From Mobula hypostoma (lineage: Eukaryota), in NCBI RefSeq assembly GCF_963921235.1, contig NC_086098.1:2046001-2110000 (forward strand): a stretch of 64,000 bases of DNA, read 5' to 3'. The stretch's first letter is position 1. Each line of letters opens with the position of its first letter. Position numbers and translations under genes: made by a program. The notes under the pieces were generated by a model. It worked only from the letters and a program-made list of their open reading frames with translations. It was not told where the DNA came from and made no database searches. Below, one piece after another: positions 12,005 through 22,909 of the stretch.

Positions 12005-12600
12005 GTACCACACACAAATTGCTGGAGGAGCTCGGCAGGTTTTTATGACACGAAGTCTTGCCATTAACTGAGGGTTCTCTGGACCCCCGGTTGGGAACTA
12101 CTGATCTATGGAGATGAACAATGTTTTGGACTGAGACCCTGTATCAGACAATTTCCCTGTGCTATTCGTTGGGATATGGGATTGATAGAATCTTAAAACA
12201 AAAACTGAGGCAAATAGAATAAAGGATCTGCGAAGTGTTATGGTTAATATATTAATTTATTCTTTTTCTATGTCGATAACTAATCAACAACACTGGTGTC
12301 TGCAAATCATAAGCACAAGAGATTATACAGATGCTGGAAATCCAAAGCAAACATGCAAAATACTGGAAGAATAAAAATAAATAATAAATAAGAGATCATA
12401 AATCAGCCATGACAGAATGCAGGAGAAAACCTGATGGGCCGAATGGCTGAATTCTGCTCCAATGTCTTAAGGTCTAATTCAGCAGGTCAGGCAGCATCTA
12501 TGGAGGGGAATAAACAGCCGTTGTTTTGGGCCAGATCCTTCATCAGGACTGGAAAGTGGGGGAGCAGAAACAGGAATAAGGAGGTGTGGGGCTGAGATTG
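12005..12600 (-). mobile_element. Two decayed Penelope-like terminal-repeat relics (12005-12150 and 12311-12600); the second is split by a CR1 tail
   Basis: CAGATGCTGGAAATCCAAAGC, CAGGCAGCATCTATGGAG and the reverse hammerhead CCTTCATCAGGACT (12516-12550, GAAA mutated). Confidence 0.7.
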
Positions 12601-14259
12601 GAAGGAGTACAATTCGTCTCCTGCAAATCTTTCTTGAAATAACTGGATAACATAATTCATTTTGCAAGTCAAAGGATGCTGAACTTTATACCCTAACTTA
12701 AATCAGCTGACATAAATATGTAAACAAAAGGAAAATCAATAATGACATTTTTAGCACAAGGTCAAAGTTAAAATTTAAAGTACATTTATTATGAAAGTGC
12801 ATACAGTATATGATACTTGAGAAAATTCTATTTGTATTTATTTATTATGAAGAACCATAAATAACAAAGTCTGAAGCACTGTGCAGGTTGTTTAAACCTG
12901 CAAGTCTGGTGCAAGGCTGTAGCTATTTCTCAAAATTCCAAAGTATTTATAAGTTAGCACGGTGGATTTTGAGGAAACATATTGCACGCTGTCGAGAAGC
13001 AGCCTCTGATCATTTACCAGCTGTGTTCAAGAAGTGTTGACAAGTTGCTATCGTGCACACTTCTGCCTGTGCATTTCGCTCTCTATTCAATGCATTGACT
13101 GACAGGGCCTGCGCTGCCCCCGCACTGTGACCCTGTTAAAACAAATGCCTCGGCTCCTTCAATACCACACCTGCAGCAAGGCCTCTCCTCTGGGAATCTG
13201 TGTTCATTAGTAACACAACTCCGTCACATCAAAACTTTCCACTCTTCCCAGTTACATTTAACACATGGGTCCCTCTCTTCAGTCCAGGCTTCTTGCAACT
13301 GTCTGGGGAATCTTTCACTTTTTGTCCTTTCTGACCCTTAAGGGACCACATTCTGTGTTCTTTTTCACACCATCTGCTCACAACCGAGGTAAACCCTCCA
13401 GCCTAAAAGGAAGCACTTGTTTCTTTAACAGTTGTTTAACACGAGATAACACGCGCTGCCTGCGTCCCAGTAAATCCACCAGGCTATATCTTACAGTTGC
13501 TTATATTTTTAAGAATGGATCTCCAAAGGGAGAGTATTATAACAGATTCTACTTAGATCCCCCTTCCCCCCATTGCTCCCTCTCCCTCCCAAGCAATGGT
13601 ACAATCTACTAATTCCTGGCAGAAGTCCTTCTAAAGAACTGCTCAAGCCTCACTAAGCAGCTGTGAGTTAGGTCATTTTCCCATGAGTTTTACATGTGAA
13701 AACTGGGCATTAGCAGGACCTCAAAGGGACACCATCTGTCCCCCAGCAAAAAAGGTTCATGACACCTTCTGTGGTGCCAACAGACCCAGATGAACCATAA
13801 AGGAATTTAAGCAGCGTTTGTGATCCGATTGCTGATTCACTCAACAATCACCTCAGCGACGGCCGAAAACTATTCAACTCTGTCGTTGTATTATCTCTGT
13901 CCCTCCAGCACCCCCTCCCACTACCCCTCCTCCACCTGATGGACAACAACCATCAATCAGAATTGAATCGATTGTCCCCGGGTGTGTATTTCAAAAAAAA
14001 AAGAAAGAGAATGGCCTTCCGAGTCCAAAGGCACTCTTAAACACTGGACCACCAGACTCAAAAACAGTTGTTTTCCCCAGGCAGTAAGGCAGATCAACAC
14101 TAACCCACCCATCCACACCCCCAACCATTACTACTTTATCATTTCCTGCAGGAATCAGGATTAATGTCACTGACATACGTCCTGAAATTTGCTGCTTTGC
14201 AGCTGCAGTACATTGCAAAGCATAATTTAAATAACCATAAATTATAATAATTAATATTA

Positions 14260-14455
14260 GGGCAGCACGATAGTGTTGTGGTTAGCACAACATATTACAG
14301 TACAAGCGATCCAGGTTCAATTCCCAGCACAGTCTGTACATTCTTCCCATGACAGTCTGGGTTTCCTCTGGGTGCTCCAGTTTCCTCCCACAGTACAAAG
14401 ACGTAGCGATTGCTAGGTTAACTTGTCATTGTAAATTGTCCCGCGATTAGGCTGG
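14260..14455 (+). mobile_element. tRNA-derived V-SINE (HE1-like)
   Basis: A-box-like GTGGTTAGC, B-box GGTTCAATTCC and V-domain GGGTTTCCTCTGGGTGCTCCAGTTTCCTCCCACA. Confidence 0.8.
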
Positions 14456-14610
14456 GCATACATTTGCAGTGCAAAAAGACGGAAAAAAAGAAAAAAATAG
14501 TGAGGTAGTGTAAACATGGGGAATTCTGCAGATGCTGGAAATTCAAGCAACACACATCAAAGTTTGCTGGTGAACGCAGCAGGCCAGGCAGCATCTCTAG
14601 GAAGAGGTAC

Positions 14611-14646
14611 AGTCGAAGTTTCGGGCCGAGACCCTTCGTCAGGACT
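14611..14646 (-). ncRNA. Minimal type-I hammerhead ribozyme motif (core intact; stem III ACUU variant)
   Basis: Minus strand AGTC-CTGACGA-AGGGTCTCGGCCC-GAAA-CT-TC-GACT; stem I AGUC/GACU, stem II GGGU/GCCC. Confidence 0.8.
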
Positions 14647-15020
14647 AACTGAAGGAAGAGTGAGTAAGGGATTTGAAAGTGGGAGGGGGAGGGGGAGATC
14701 CAAAATGATAGGAGAAGACAGGAGGGGGAGGGATGGAGCCAAGAGCTGGACAGGTGATTGGTAAAAGGGATTTGAGAGGATCATGGGACAGGAGATCCGG
14801 GGAGAAAGAAGAGGGGGAGGAGGGGAACCCAGAGGATGGGCAAGGGGTATAGTCAGAGAGACAGAGGGAGAAAAAGGAGAGAGAGAGAAAGAATTTGTGT
14901 ATATAAATAAATAATGGATGGGGTGCGAGGGGGAGGTGGGGCATTAGCAGAAGTTAGAGACACCTACGCTCTGTCCGCCAGAGAAAGCAGGATCTTCCAG
15001 TGGACACACATTTTAATTCC

Positions 15021-15377
15021 ACCATTCAGGGCCCCAGACAGTCCATCCAGGTGAGGCGACACTTCACCTGTGAGTCGGCTGGGGTGATATACTGCGTCCG
15101 GTGCTCCTGATGTGGCCTTCTATATATTGGGGAGACCCGACACAGACTGGGAGATCGTTTTGCTGAACACCTACGCTCTGTCCGCCAGAGAAAGCAGGAT
15201 CTCCCAGTGGCCACACATTTTAATTCCACATCCCATTCCCATTCTGATATGTCTATCCACGGCCTCCTCTACTGTCAAGATGAAGCCACACTCAGGTTGG
15301 AGGAACAACACCTTATATTCTGTCTGGGTAGCCTCCAACCTAATGGCATGAACATTGACTTCTCTAACTTCCGCTAA
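15021..15377 (+). pseudogene. PLE GIY-YIG endonuclease C-terminal domain, one in-frame stop
   Basis: Hand translation: TIQGPRQSIQVRRHFTCESAGVIYCVRCS*CGLLYIGETRHRLGDRFAEHLRSV...PVATHFNSTSHS...LEEQHLIFCLGSLQPNGMNIDFSNFR*. Shows VIY..YIG with the CxxC/H..H residues typical of PLE endonucleases. Confidence 0.92.
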
Positions 15378-15677
15378 TGCCCCACCTCCTCCTCCTACCC
15401 CATCCGTTATTTATTTATATACACACATTCTTTCTCTCTCTCTCCTTTTTCTCCCTCTGTCCCTCTGACTATACCCCTTGCCCATCCTTTGGGTTTTCCC
15501 TCCCTCCCTCTTTTCCTTCTCCCTGGGCCTCCTGCCCCATGATCCTCTCATATCCCCTGTTGCCTATCACCTGTCCAGTTCTTGGCTCCATCCCTCCCCC
15601 TCCTGTCTTCTCCTACCATTTTGGATCTCCCTCTCCCCCTCCCACTTTCCTATCTCTTACCAGCTCTTCTTTCAGTT

Positions 15678-15713
15678 AGTCCTGACAAAGGTTCTCGGCC
15701 TGAAACGTCGACT
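15678..15713 (+). ncRNA. Hammerhead motif, core mutated (CUGACAA)
   Basis: AGTC-CTGACAA-AGGTTCTCGGCCT-GAAA-CG-TC-GACT. Confidence 0.7.
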
Positions 15714-16059
15714 GTACCTCTTCCTAGAGATGCTGCCTGGCCTGCTGCGTTCACCAGCAACTTTGATGTGTGTTGTGTGAGGTAGTGTACATGGGTCATT
15801 GTCCATTCAGAAATCTGACGCTGGAGGGGAAGAAGCTGGTCCTCAACCATTGAGTGTGTGTCATACGTCTAAAACCTTCATGAGGCATGATAATGATGTA
15901 GATCATGTCCCTGTATTATGTAATAACGTATGTTTTTTCCCAATCAATGTTCAGGTGAAGGACAAGCTTTTTAGTACATTTAGTATTTTAGTGTGTGAAC
16001 CAACCATCAGTTCTCCTAATAAAAGCAACCAAGATATACAGAAACCTTCAGCTTTTTGA

Positions 16060-16430
16060 TGTTTTCTTTCTTGTGGTCGATTGGTGGGTGGGTGGGTGTT
16101 AATTTTTTGCGTGTAAGAGGGGGATTGGGGTTTGGTGCTACTGTCGCTGTTCCTTTCTGTGAGTGAGAGGCTCAGGGACTGTTATGCTCAGAGGATCATT
16201 GATTATTTTTGTGATTTTTTTTGCAGGGGGTGGATGTTGGGGTCTGTGAGTTTTGTTTCTTTTGTTTTCCATGCCAGTTGGGAGGGGGAGTGGATGTCTT
16301 CTTTCATCGACATTCATGGTCTTTCTGTATTTAATGGCTATCTGGAGTAGAGAAGTATCAGAGTTGTATTGTGCATTCATTCTTTGACAATAAAATGAAC
16401 CTTCGAACCCTTTGAACCTTGACCTTAATT
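16060..16430 (+). mobile_element. Non-coding LINE-tail-type repeat, same family as 33620-34465
   Basis: Shared ATGGCTATCTGGAG..AGAA..TCAGAGTTGTAT..AATAAA(A)TGAA(C)CTTTGAA ending. Confidence 0.6.
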
Positions 16431-16454
16431 TCAAAAATGAGTATTTATGATACA

Positions 16455-16730
16455 GGATGGCATGGTAGTGTAGTGGTTAGCATATTTCTTTCCAGTGTCA
16501 ATGATGACCAATTGGGGTTCAATTCCCACCACTGTCTGTATGGAGTTTGTATGTTCTCCCCGTGACCACGTGGGTTTACTCTGGTTTCTTCATACAGTCT
16601 AAAGACACAACAGTCAGCAGGTGAATTGGTCATTGTTAATCGTCCCTGATTAGGCTAGGGTTAAATGGTGGGTTACTGGGTGGTGCGGCTTGTGGGCATG
16701 AAGGGCCGGTTCTGCGTTGAACCTCTACAT
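16455..16730 (+). mobile_element. V-SINE (HE1-like)
   Basis: TGGTAGTGTAGTGGTTAGC, GGTTCAATTCCC and GTATGTTCTCCCCGTGACCACGTGGGTTT. Confidence 0.8.
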
Positions 16731-17034
16731 AATAAATATACAAATAAATATACAGAATGCTGGAGGAACTCAGCAGTTCATGCATCATTATTCCACTTCC
16801 CAGATGCTGACTGACCTGATGGGTTCCTTCAGAAGTTTGTGTATTTTGGCTATTTCATCATGCAAGGCAAATCAGAGAACAAGATCATTTGGAAGTTACA
16901 ACACAAAATGAGACCGAGAGCCTAACCTAGCTCTTCGAAGAACAATCATGCAGGTCTAGTTCTCCTATTTTTTCCCAGCTTCATCAGATCATTAAAAACC
17001 ACCTATCAGTTAATGGGCAGACAGAATTGCATTT

Positions 17035-17400
17035 GGGGTTTAGAGAGGGGTAACTGAGGGAGATTGATGGTCTGACAGGATTGTATTGAGGTTTGGAGGG
17101 GGGTAATGGAGGGAGATTGATGGTCTGACAGGACTGTATTTGGGGTTTGGAGGGGGTAATGGAGGGAGACTGATCGTCTGACAGGATTGTATTTGGGGTT
17201 TGTAGGGGGAATGGAAGGAGATTGATGGTCTGACAGGATTGTTTTTGGGGTTTATATAGGGGTAATCGAGGGAGATTGATGGTCTGACAGGATTGTATTG
17301 GGGTTCAAAGGTGGTAATGGAGGGAGATTGATGGTCATATATGATTGTATTTGGTGTTGTAAAGGAGGCAGTTTGATAAACAATAGGGTTGTATTTGGAG
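17035..17400 (+). repeat. ~53-bp minisatellite, ~6 units plus decayed ones
   Basis: AGA(T/C)TGAT(G/C)GTC anchor at 17061, 17114, 17167, 17219, 17273 and 17325. Confidence 0.9.
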
Positions 17401-17469
17401 TTCAGAGGGACAGTAATGGAAGTATCTTGTGGAATAAGGAGCCTCAAAATCGGAAAACAATGAAGAAGG

Positions 17470-18610
17470 CCTTCAGTAAGGCCTTTGACAAGGTCCCGCA
17501 TGGGAGGTTAGTTAGGAAAATTCAGTCGCTAGGTATACATGGAGAGGTGGTAAATTGGATTAGACATTGGCTCGATGGAAGAAGCCAGAGAGTGGTGGTA
17601 GAGAATTGCTTCTCTGAGTGGAGGCCTGTGACTAGTGGTGTGCGACAGGGATCAGTGCTGGGTCCATTGTTATTTGTCATCTATATCAATGCTCTGGATG
17701 ATAATGTGGTAAATTGGATCAGCAAGTTTGCTGATGATACAAAGATTGGAGGTGTAGTAGACAGTGAGGAAGGTTTTCAGAGCCTGCAGAGGGACTTTGA
17801 CCAGCTGGAAAAATGGGCTGAAAAATGGCAGATGGAGTTTAATACAGAAAAGTGTGAAGTATTGCATGTCGGAAGGACAAACCATGGTAGAACATACAGG
17901 GTTAATGGTAAGGCACTGAGGAGTGCAGTGGAACAGAGGGATCTGGGAATACAGATACAAAATTCCCTAAAAGTGTCGTCACAGATAGATAGGGTCGTTA
18001 AGGAGAGCTTTTGGTACATTGGCCTTTATTAATCGAAGTATTGAGTATAAGAGCTGGAATGTTATGATGAGGTTGTATAAGGCATTGGTGAGGCCGAATC
18101 TGGAGTATTGTATTCAGTTTTGGTCACCAAATTACAGGAAGGATATAAATAAGGTTGAAAGAGTGCAGAGAAGGTTTACAGAGAAAGGTTGAATAGGTTG
18201 GGACTTTATTGCCTGGAGCGTAGAAGAATGAGGGGAGATTTGATAGAGGTATATAAAATTATGATGGGTATAGATAGAGTGAATGCAAGCAGGCTTTTTC
18301 CACTGAGGCAAGGGAGAAAAAAACCAGAGGACATGGGTTAAGGGTGAGGGGTGAAAAGTTTAAAGGGAACATAAGGGGGGGCTTCTTCACACAGAGAGTG
18401 GTGGGAGTATGGAATGAGCTGCCAGACGAGGTGGTAAATGCGGGTTCTTTTTTAACATTTAAGAATAAATTGGACAGATACATGGATGGGAGGTGTATGG
18501 AGGGATATGGTCCGTGTGCAGGTCAGTGGGACTAGGCAGAAAATGGTTTGGCACAGCCAAGAAGGGCCAAAGGGCTTGTTTCTGTGCTGTAGTTTCTATG
18601 GTTTCTATGG
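17470..18610 (+). mobile_element. CR1 LINE RT relic, 5'-truncated
   Basis: FSKAFDKVPH, QGSVLGP, KFADDTK and WQMEFN motifs; TTTCTATGG tail. Confidence 0.92.
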
Positions 18611-19329
18611 AATAAAATGAGCTCAGCAGAAAATACTGAGAATCAGTTTAACATACGCACATTCGAAGTTGAGCTTTGCAAGCCTGCGTTTCTGGCCTTT
18701 TTTCTACATTTTTCAAGAAAGGTAAGAGTGAAATGCGTCTTTTACATCAGCAACTGAAGAGCTCCTGGAGGCAGCCTGCAAGTGTCACCATATTTCCAGT
18801 GTCAAAGCAGCACGTCCACAACTCACTAAGCCGAACCAGTCGGTCTTTGGAACCTAACACCCAGAAGGATCCCTGTGGTGATAGGGAGAGTGCACAGGCA
18901 CAGGCAGCAGCTGGATTGGAAGCCTGATTTTGAATCTTGAATTGCTTGCACAGCAAATCATTGTGCTAACTGCTACACCACCATGCCACCCAGATGTGAA
19001 TATGGTGCCACGCTGCCGTCAGACATAAAGACTTCTTTTTAAAGTATGGTAAATTGCAAGGTAGCATGAAAAGTTTTAATCATTGTACGTAGAGGTTTGA
19101 GAGCTGAGAATATAAATCCACGTTGGGTGCATGAATATGCAAGCAAAGATGTTTGTTTTCTCCTGCACTGTATGTCAGGCGTTCAGATGAGGCACACTTT
19201 CAAATATCTCACTTCAATCTAATCCTGATTATATTTTACTCGCTCCCTTCCATAGATCTGGAACACAGTCAGCTACGGCCATTTAATTAAATAATTAATT
19301 TTATTTTACTTATTCAGAGATACCGTGCG

Positions 19330-19570
19330 GAGAAGGCCTTTCAGTCCAAAACACCTCTCAGCAGTGCACCTATTTAACCCCAGCCTAATCACGGGACAAT
19401 TTGCAATCACCAATTAACCTACAAACCAGTACATCGTTGGACTGCGGGAGGAAACTCGTGCGCTCACAGAACGACTTCGCAAACTTCTTGCAGAGGAAGC
19501 TGGAATTGAATCCTGAACTCTGACACCTTGAGCTGTGATAGGATTGCACTAACGACTAACCACTGTGGTA
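19330..19570 (-). mobile_element. V-SINE relic
   Basis: CCTAATCACGGGACAATTTGCAAT..GACTGCGGGAGGAAAC is the reverse complement of the V-SINE body. Confidence 0.65.
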
Positions 19571-19811
19571 TTACTGGGCAATCAGCAACCAAACTCCAAC
19601 CCCAATGCAAGAAAATGGGAAGTAAAATAAATGCTTGATCACAGGCTGTTGAGAATAATATCCGTTAATTGGAAAGGTCAGGTAGATCATTGTACCACAA
19701 TCAACTATTTCTTTTATGTGCTACAGGATGGATAATTGATGGTTTCCAATACTGTGAATTGCATATTTATTATTTACAGTTGCAGAGTGAGTTTGTTCTC
19801 ATTATAACCTC

Positions 19812-21389
19812 TACACTCAGTGGGCACTTTATTGGGCACCTCCTATACCTAACAAAGTGGCCACTCGTGATCTTTTACTAATGTAACAAATCCACTTCAA
19901 GGCTTTACATGTTGTGCATTCAGACATGTTCTTCTGCACACAACTGTTGTAACGAATAGTTATTTAAGTTATTGTCACCTTCTTGTCAGCTTGAACCAGT
20001 CTGGCCATTTTCCTCTGACCTCTCTCATTAACACCCACAGAACAGCCACTCAATGGATTTTTCTTCTGTTTCTCACACCGTTCTCTTTAAACTCTAGAGT
20101 TGTTCAGACTGAACATCAGAATGGGGAAGAAATGTGATCTAAGTGATTTTGACTGTGGAATGACTGTTGGTGCCAGACAGAGTGGTTTGAGTATCTCAGA
20201 AACTGCTGATCTCCTGGGATTTTCGTGCACAACAGAGATACTCAAACCACCCTGTCTGGCATCAATAATCACTCCACAGTCAAAATCACTTAGATCACAC
20301 TTCTTTCCCCATTCTGATGTTTGGTCTGAACAACAACTGAACCTCTTGGCAACATCTGCTTGTTTTATGCATTAATTTGCATTAATGAGCAGGTTACAGT
20401 TTTATCTAATAATGATGAGTAATCTAGTAATAATAGTAATAGTAATAATGATAATGATGAGTTTATCTAGTAATGATGTTTGAGTACAGAGAGGAAATTA
20501 AGAACCTGGTGGCATGGTGAGAAGACAATAACCTTTCTCTCAACGTCAGCAAGACGAAGGAATTGGTTGTTGACTTCAGAAGGAGTAGTGGACCGCACGA
20601 CCCAATTTACATCGGTGGTGCACAAGTGGAACAGGTCAAAAACTTTAAGTTCCTCGGGGTCAATATCACAAATGACCTGACTTGGTCCAACCAAGCAGAG
20701 TTCACTGCCAAGAAGGCCCACCAGCACCTTTACTTCCTGAGAAAACTAAAGAAATTTGGCCTGTCCCCTAAAACCCTCCCTAATTTTTATAGATGCACTG
20801 TAGAAAGCATTCTTCTAGGGTGCATCACAACCTGGTATGGAAGCTGTCCTGTCCAAGACTGGAAGAAGCTGCAGAAGATCGTGAACACAGCCCAGCACAT
20901 CATACAAACCAATCTTCCATCCTTGGACTCACTTTACACCGCACGCTGTCGGAGCAGTGCTGCCAGGATAATCAAGGACACAACCCACCCAGCCAATACA
21001 CTTTTCATCCCTCTTCCCTCCGGGAGAAGGCTCAGGAGCTTGAAGACTTGTAGGGCCAGATTTGGGATCAGCTTCTTTCCAACTGTGATAAAACTGCTGA
21101 ACGGATCCTGACCTGGATCCAGGCCATACCCTCCAAATATACGGACCTGCCTCTCGGTTTTTTTGCACTACCTTACTTCCCATTTTTCTATTTTCTATTT
21201 ATGATTTATAATTTAAATTTTTAATATTTACTAATTTTAACTATTTTTAATATTTTTAATATTTAATATCTGTAATCCAGGGAGTGTGAAGCGCAGATTC
21301 AAATATCGTTGTGATGATTGTACATTCTAGTACTAATTGTTTGGCGACAATAAAGCATACAGTATAAAATAAAGTGGCACTGAGTGTAG
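19812..21389 (-). mobile_element. Non-autonomous Tc1-type DNA transposon; its right TIR is split by a Rex1 insertion
   Basis: TA-CACTCAGTGG(G)CACTTTATT at left and AATAAAGTGGCACTGAGTG-TA at 21369-21389. Transposase N-terminus MGKKCDLSDFDCGMTVGARQSGLSISETADLLGF is present in both orientations at ~20100-20340. Confidence 0.8.
20470..21365 (+). mobile_element. Young Rex1/Babar LINE 3' fragment
   Basis: ORF 20563-21111: VVDFRR..FKFLGVNITNDLTWS..LYFLRKLKKFGL..FYRCTVESIL..SFFPTVIKLLN. Confidence 0.9.
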
Positions 21390-21624
21390 ATGGGTCATTA
21401 TTTCACAGACCTTTGTGTAATTGTATCGTTCGTATTTTAAGCTCAACTTCACTACTGAGAGACAACCCAAAGTAGCCTCTACCTGTACTTGTGAGAGAAA
21501 AATGATTACTAGAGGATAGGGTGCTCTGCTTATCACAAATGTGGTGATTGTGACAGGAAGGAAGTGCAATTGGGTATAATATGTTCTTTGACAAAGTTGC
21601 TTTGTTGAAGTGTTGTGTTTTAGG

Positions 21625-21800
21625 GGAACAGCAGCGTAACAGTCAGCATAATACTTCATAGTGCCAGAGACCTGGGTCAGTTCCCACTGCTGTTTGTGAG
21701 GAGTTTGCATGTTCTCCCTGTGACCACTTGGCTTTCCTCCAGCTGCTTCCGTCTCCGCCCAGAACCCAAAGATGCATGGTTTAGGGTTAGCATGCTATGG
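21625..21800 (+). mobile_element. V-SINE relic
   Basis: GAGTTTGCATGTTCTCCCTGTGACCAC V-domain start. Confidence 0.7.
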
Positions 21801-22686
21801 TGACGCATGGTGAAACATGGTGACACTTGCAGGCTGCCTCCTGTACATCCTCTAAATGACTTGGTCGCCGACACAAACAACACATTTCACTGTATATTTC
21901 AATGCCATGATGTACACGTGACAAAAAAAGCTAATCTTACCTTATCTTCTGCTTCAGGCAGGATCGTCCCCATCAAACTTCAGCAATTTTTATCAAAACA
22001 CCATACAAAGCATCCAGCCCGGAAGCATACCAGCTTGGTATGGCGACTGCTCTGTATGTGTTCACGAAACTGCAGAGAGTTCATGGACACAGCTCTGCAC
22101 GCAATAAGAACCAGCCTCCCCTCCATGGACTCTGTCTTCACCTCTCTTTGCCTCAGTAAAGCAGCCACCTGAATCAAAGGCCACAGACATTCTCTCTTCT
22201 CCCCTTGAAAGCTCAAGAACAGCTTCTACCCTGCTGTTATAAGGCTTTTAAATAGTTCTTTAGTACAATAAAATGGTCTTTTGACTTCACAATCTACCTC
22301 ATTATGACCTTGAAACTTAATGTTTACCTGTACCTGAACTGCACTTCCTCTGTAGCTGGCATACTTCATTCTGTTATTGTTTTACCTTCTTCTAACCCAA
22401 TGCACCGTGTAATGATCTGATCTGTATACAATACAAGCTTTTCACTGTATCTCGGTACGTATGACAATCATGCATCAATCCAAAATTCATTTCCAAGATC
22501 ATTTATGGAAAATAGGGTACAACGATTGAGATACTTCAAAATGGATAAAATTTTACATTATCACCACAGAATTTCCCACTGTCAATATCCTGAGGGTTGT
22601 CATTGACCAGGAAATGAACCAGAATAAATATAAACACAAGTTGCCTACTCAGAAGTTAAGTATCCAGCTGCAAGTAACTTGCCTCC

Positions 22687-22885
22687 ATGGTTGCTCACCT
22701 CTATGCAGACTGTGGGTTTGTGAAAAGGGTGTGGAGAAAGATACAATGGCCTGTGTCTCGGTTCATCCCAAGCAGCTGCGTGACAGAGGGCATTCTGATC
22801 TACGGGCTGTTCCCAGGAGATACAAGTGCTGCTGGCAGATCTTCAGCTCGGGGAGAGATGCCCTATGGTCTGCCTGAAACAGCAC
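22687..22885 (+). mobile_element. Tx1/L1-clade LINE C-terminal (zf-RVT region) fragment
   Basis: VAHLYADCGFVKRVWRKIQWPVSRFIPSSCVTEGILIYGLFPG, then in another frame CCWQIFSSGRDALWSA. The HxxxxC..W pattern matches Tx1-type ORF2 ends. Confidence 0.7.
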
Positions 22886-22909
22886 TTTGAGATGTCTATG
22901 GAGAAACGC

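Larger units (their letters stand above)
14513..15776. mobile_element. Penelope-like retroelement insertion with ~420-bp inverted terminal arms
   Basis: ~14550-14960 is the reverse complement of ~15361-15775. 13-bp TSD GTGAGGTAGTGTA at 14500-14512 and 15777-15789. GIY-YIG relic lies between the arms. Confidence 0.92.

Noticed and set aside
14516..14784. Recurrent short ORFs of the SPDEGSRPETST..DAAWPA type (also 15582, 23244, 4451, 40721)
   Set aside because: Not a peptide family: PDEGSRPET is simply the hammerhead core CCTGAYGAAGGGTCTCGGCCCGAAACG read as codons.
16745..16850. Short hairpin resembling a pre-miRNA
   Set aside because: The arms are decayed PLE terminal-repeat ends (TGCTGGAGGAACTCAGCAG and its complement); nothing in the sequence shows miRNA processing.
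18610..18930. Possible host exon near AAGGTAAG at ~18720
   Set aside because: No recognisable protein similarity or paired acceptor, and the distal part resembles a SINE relic.
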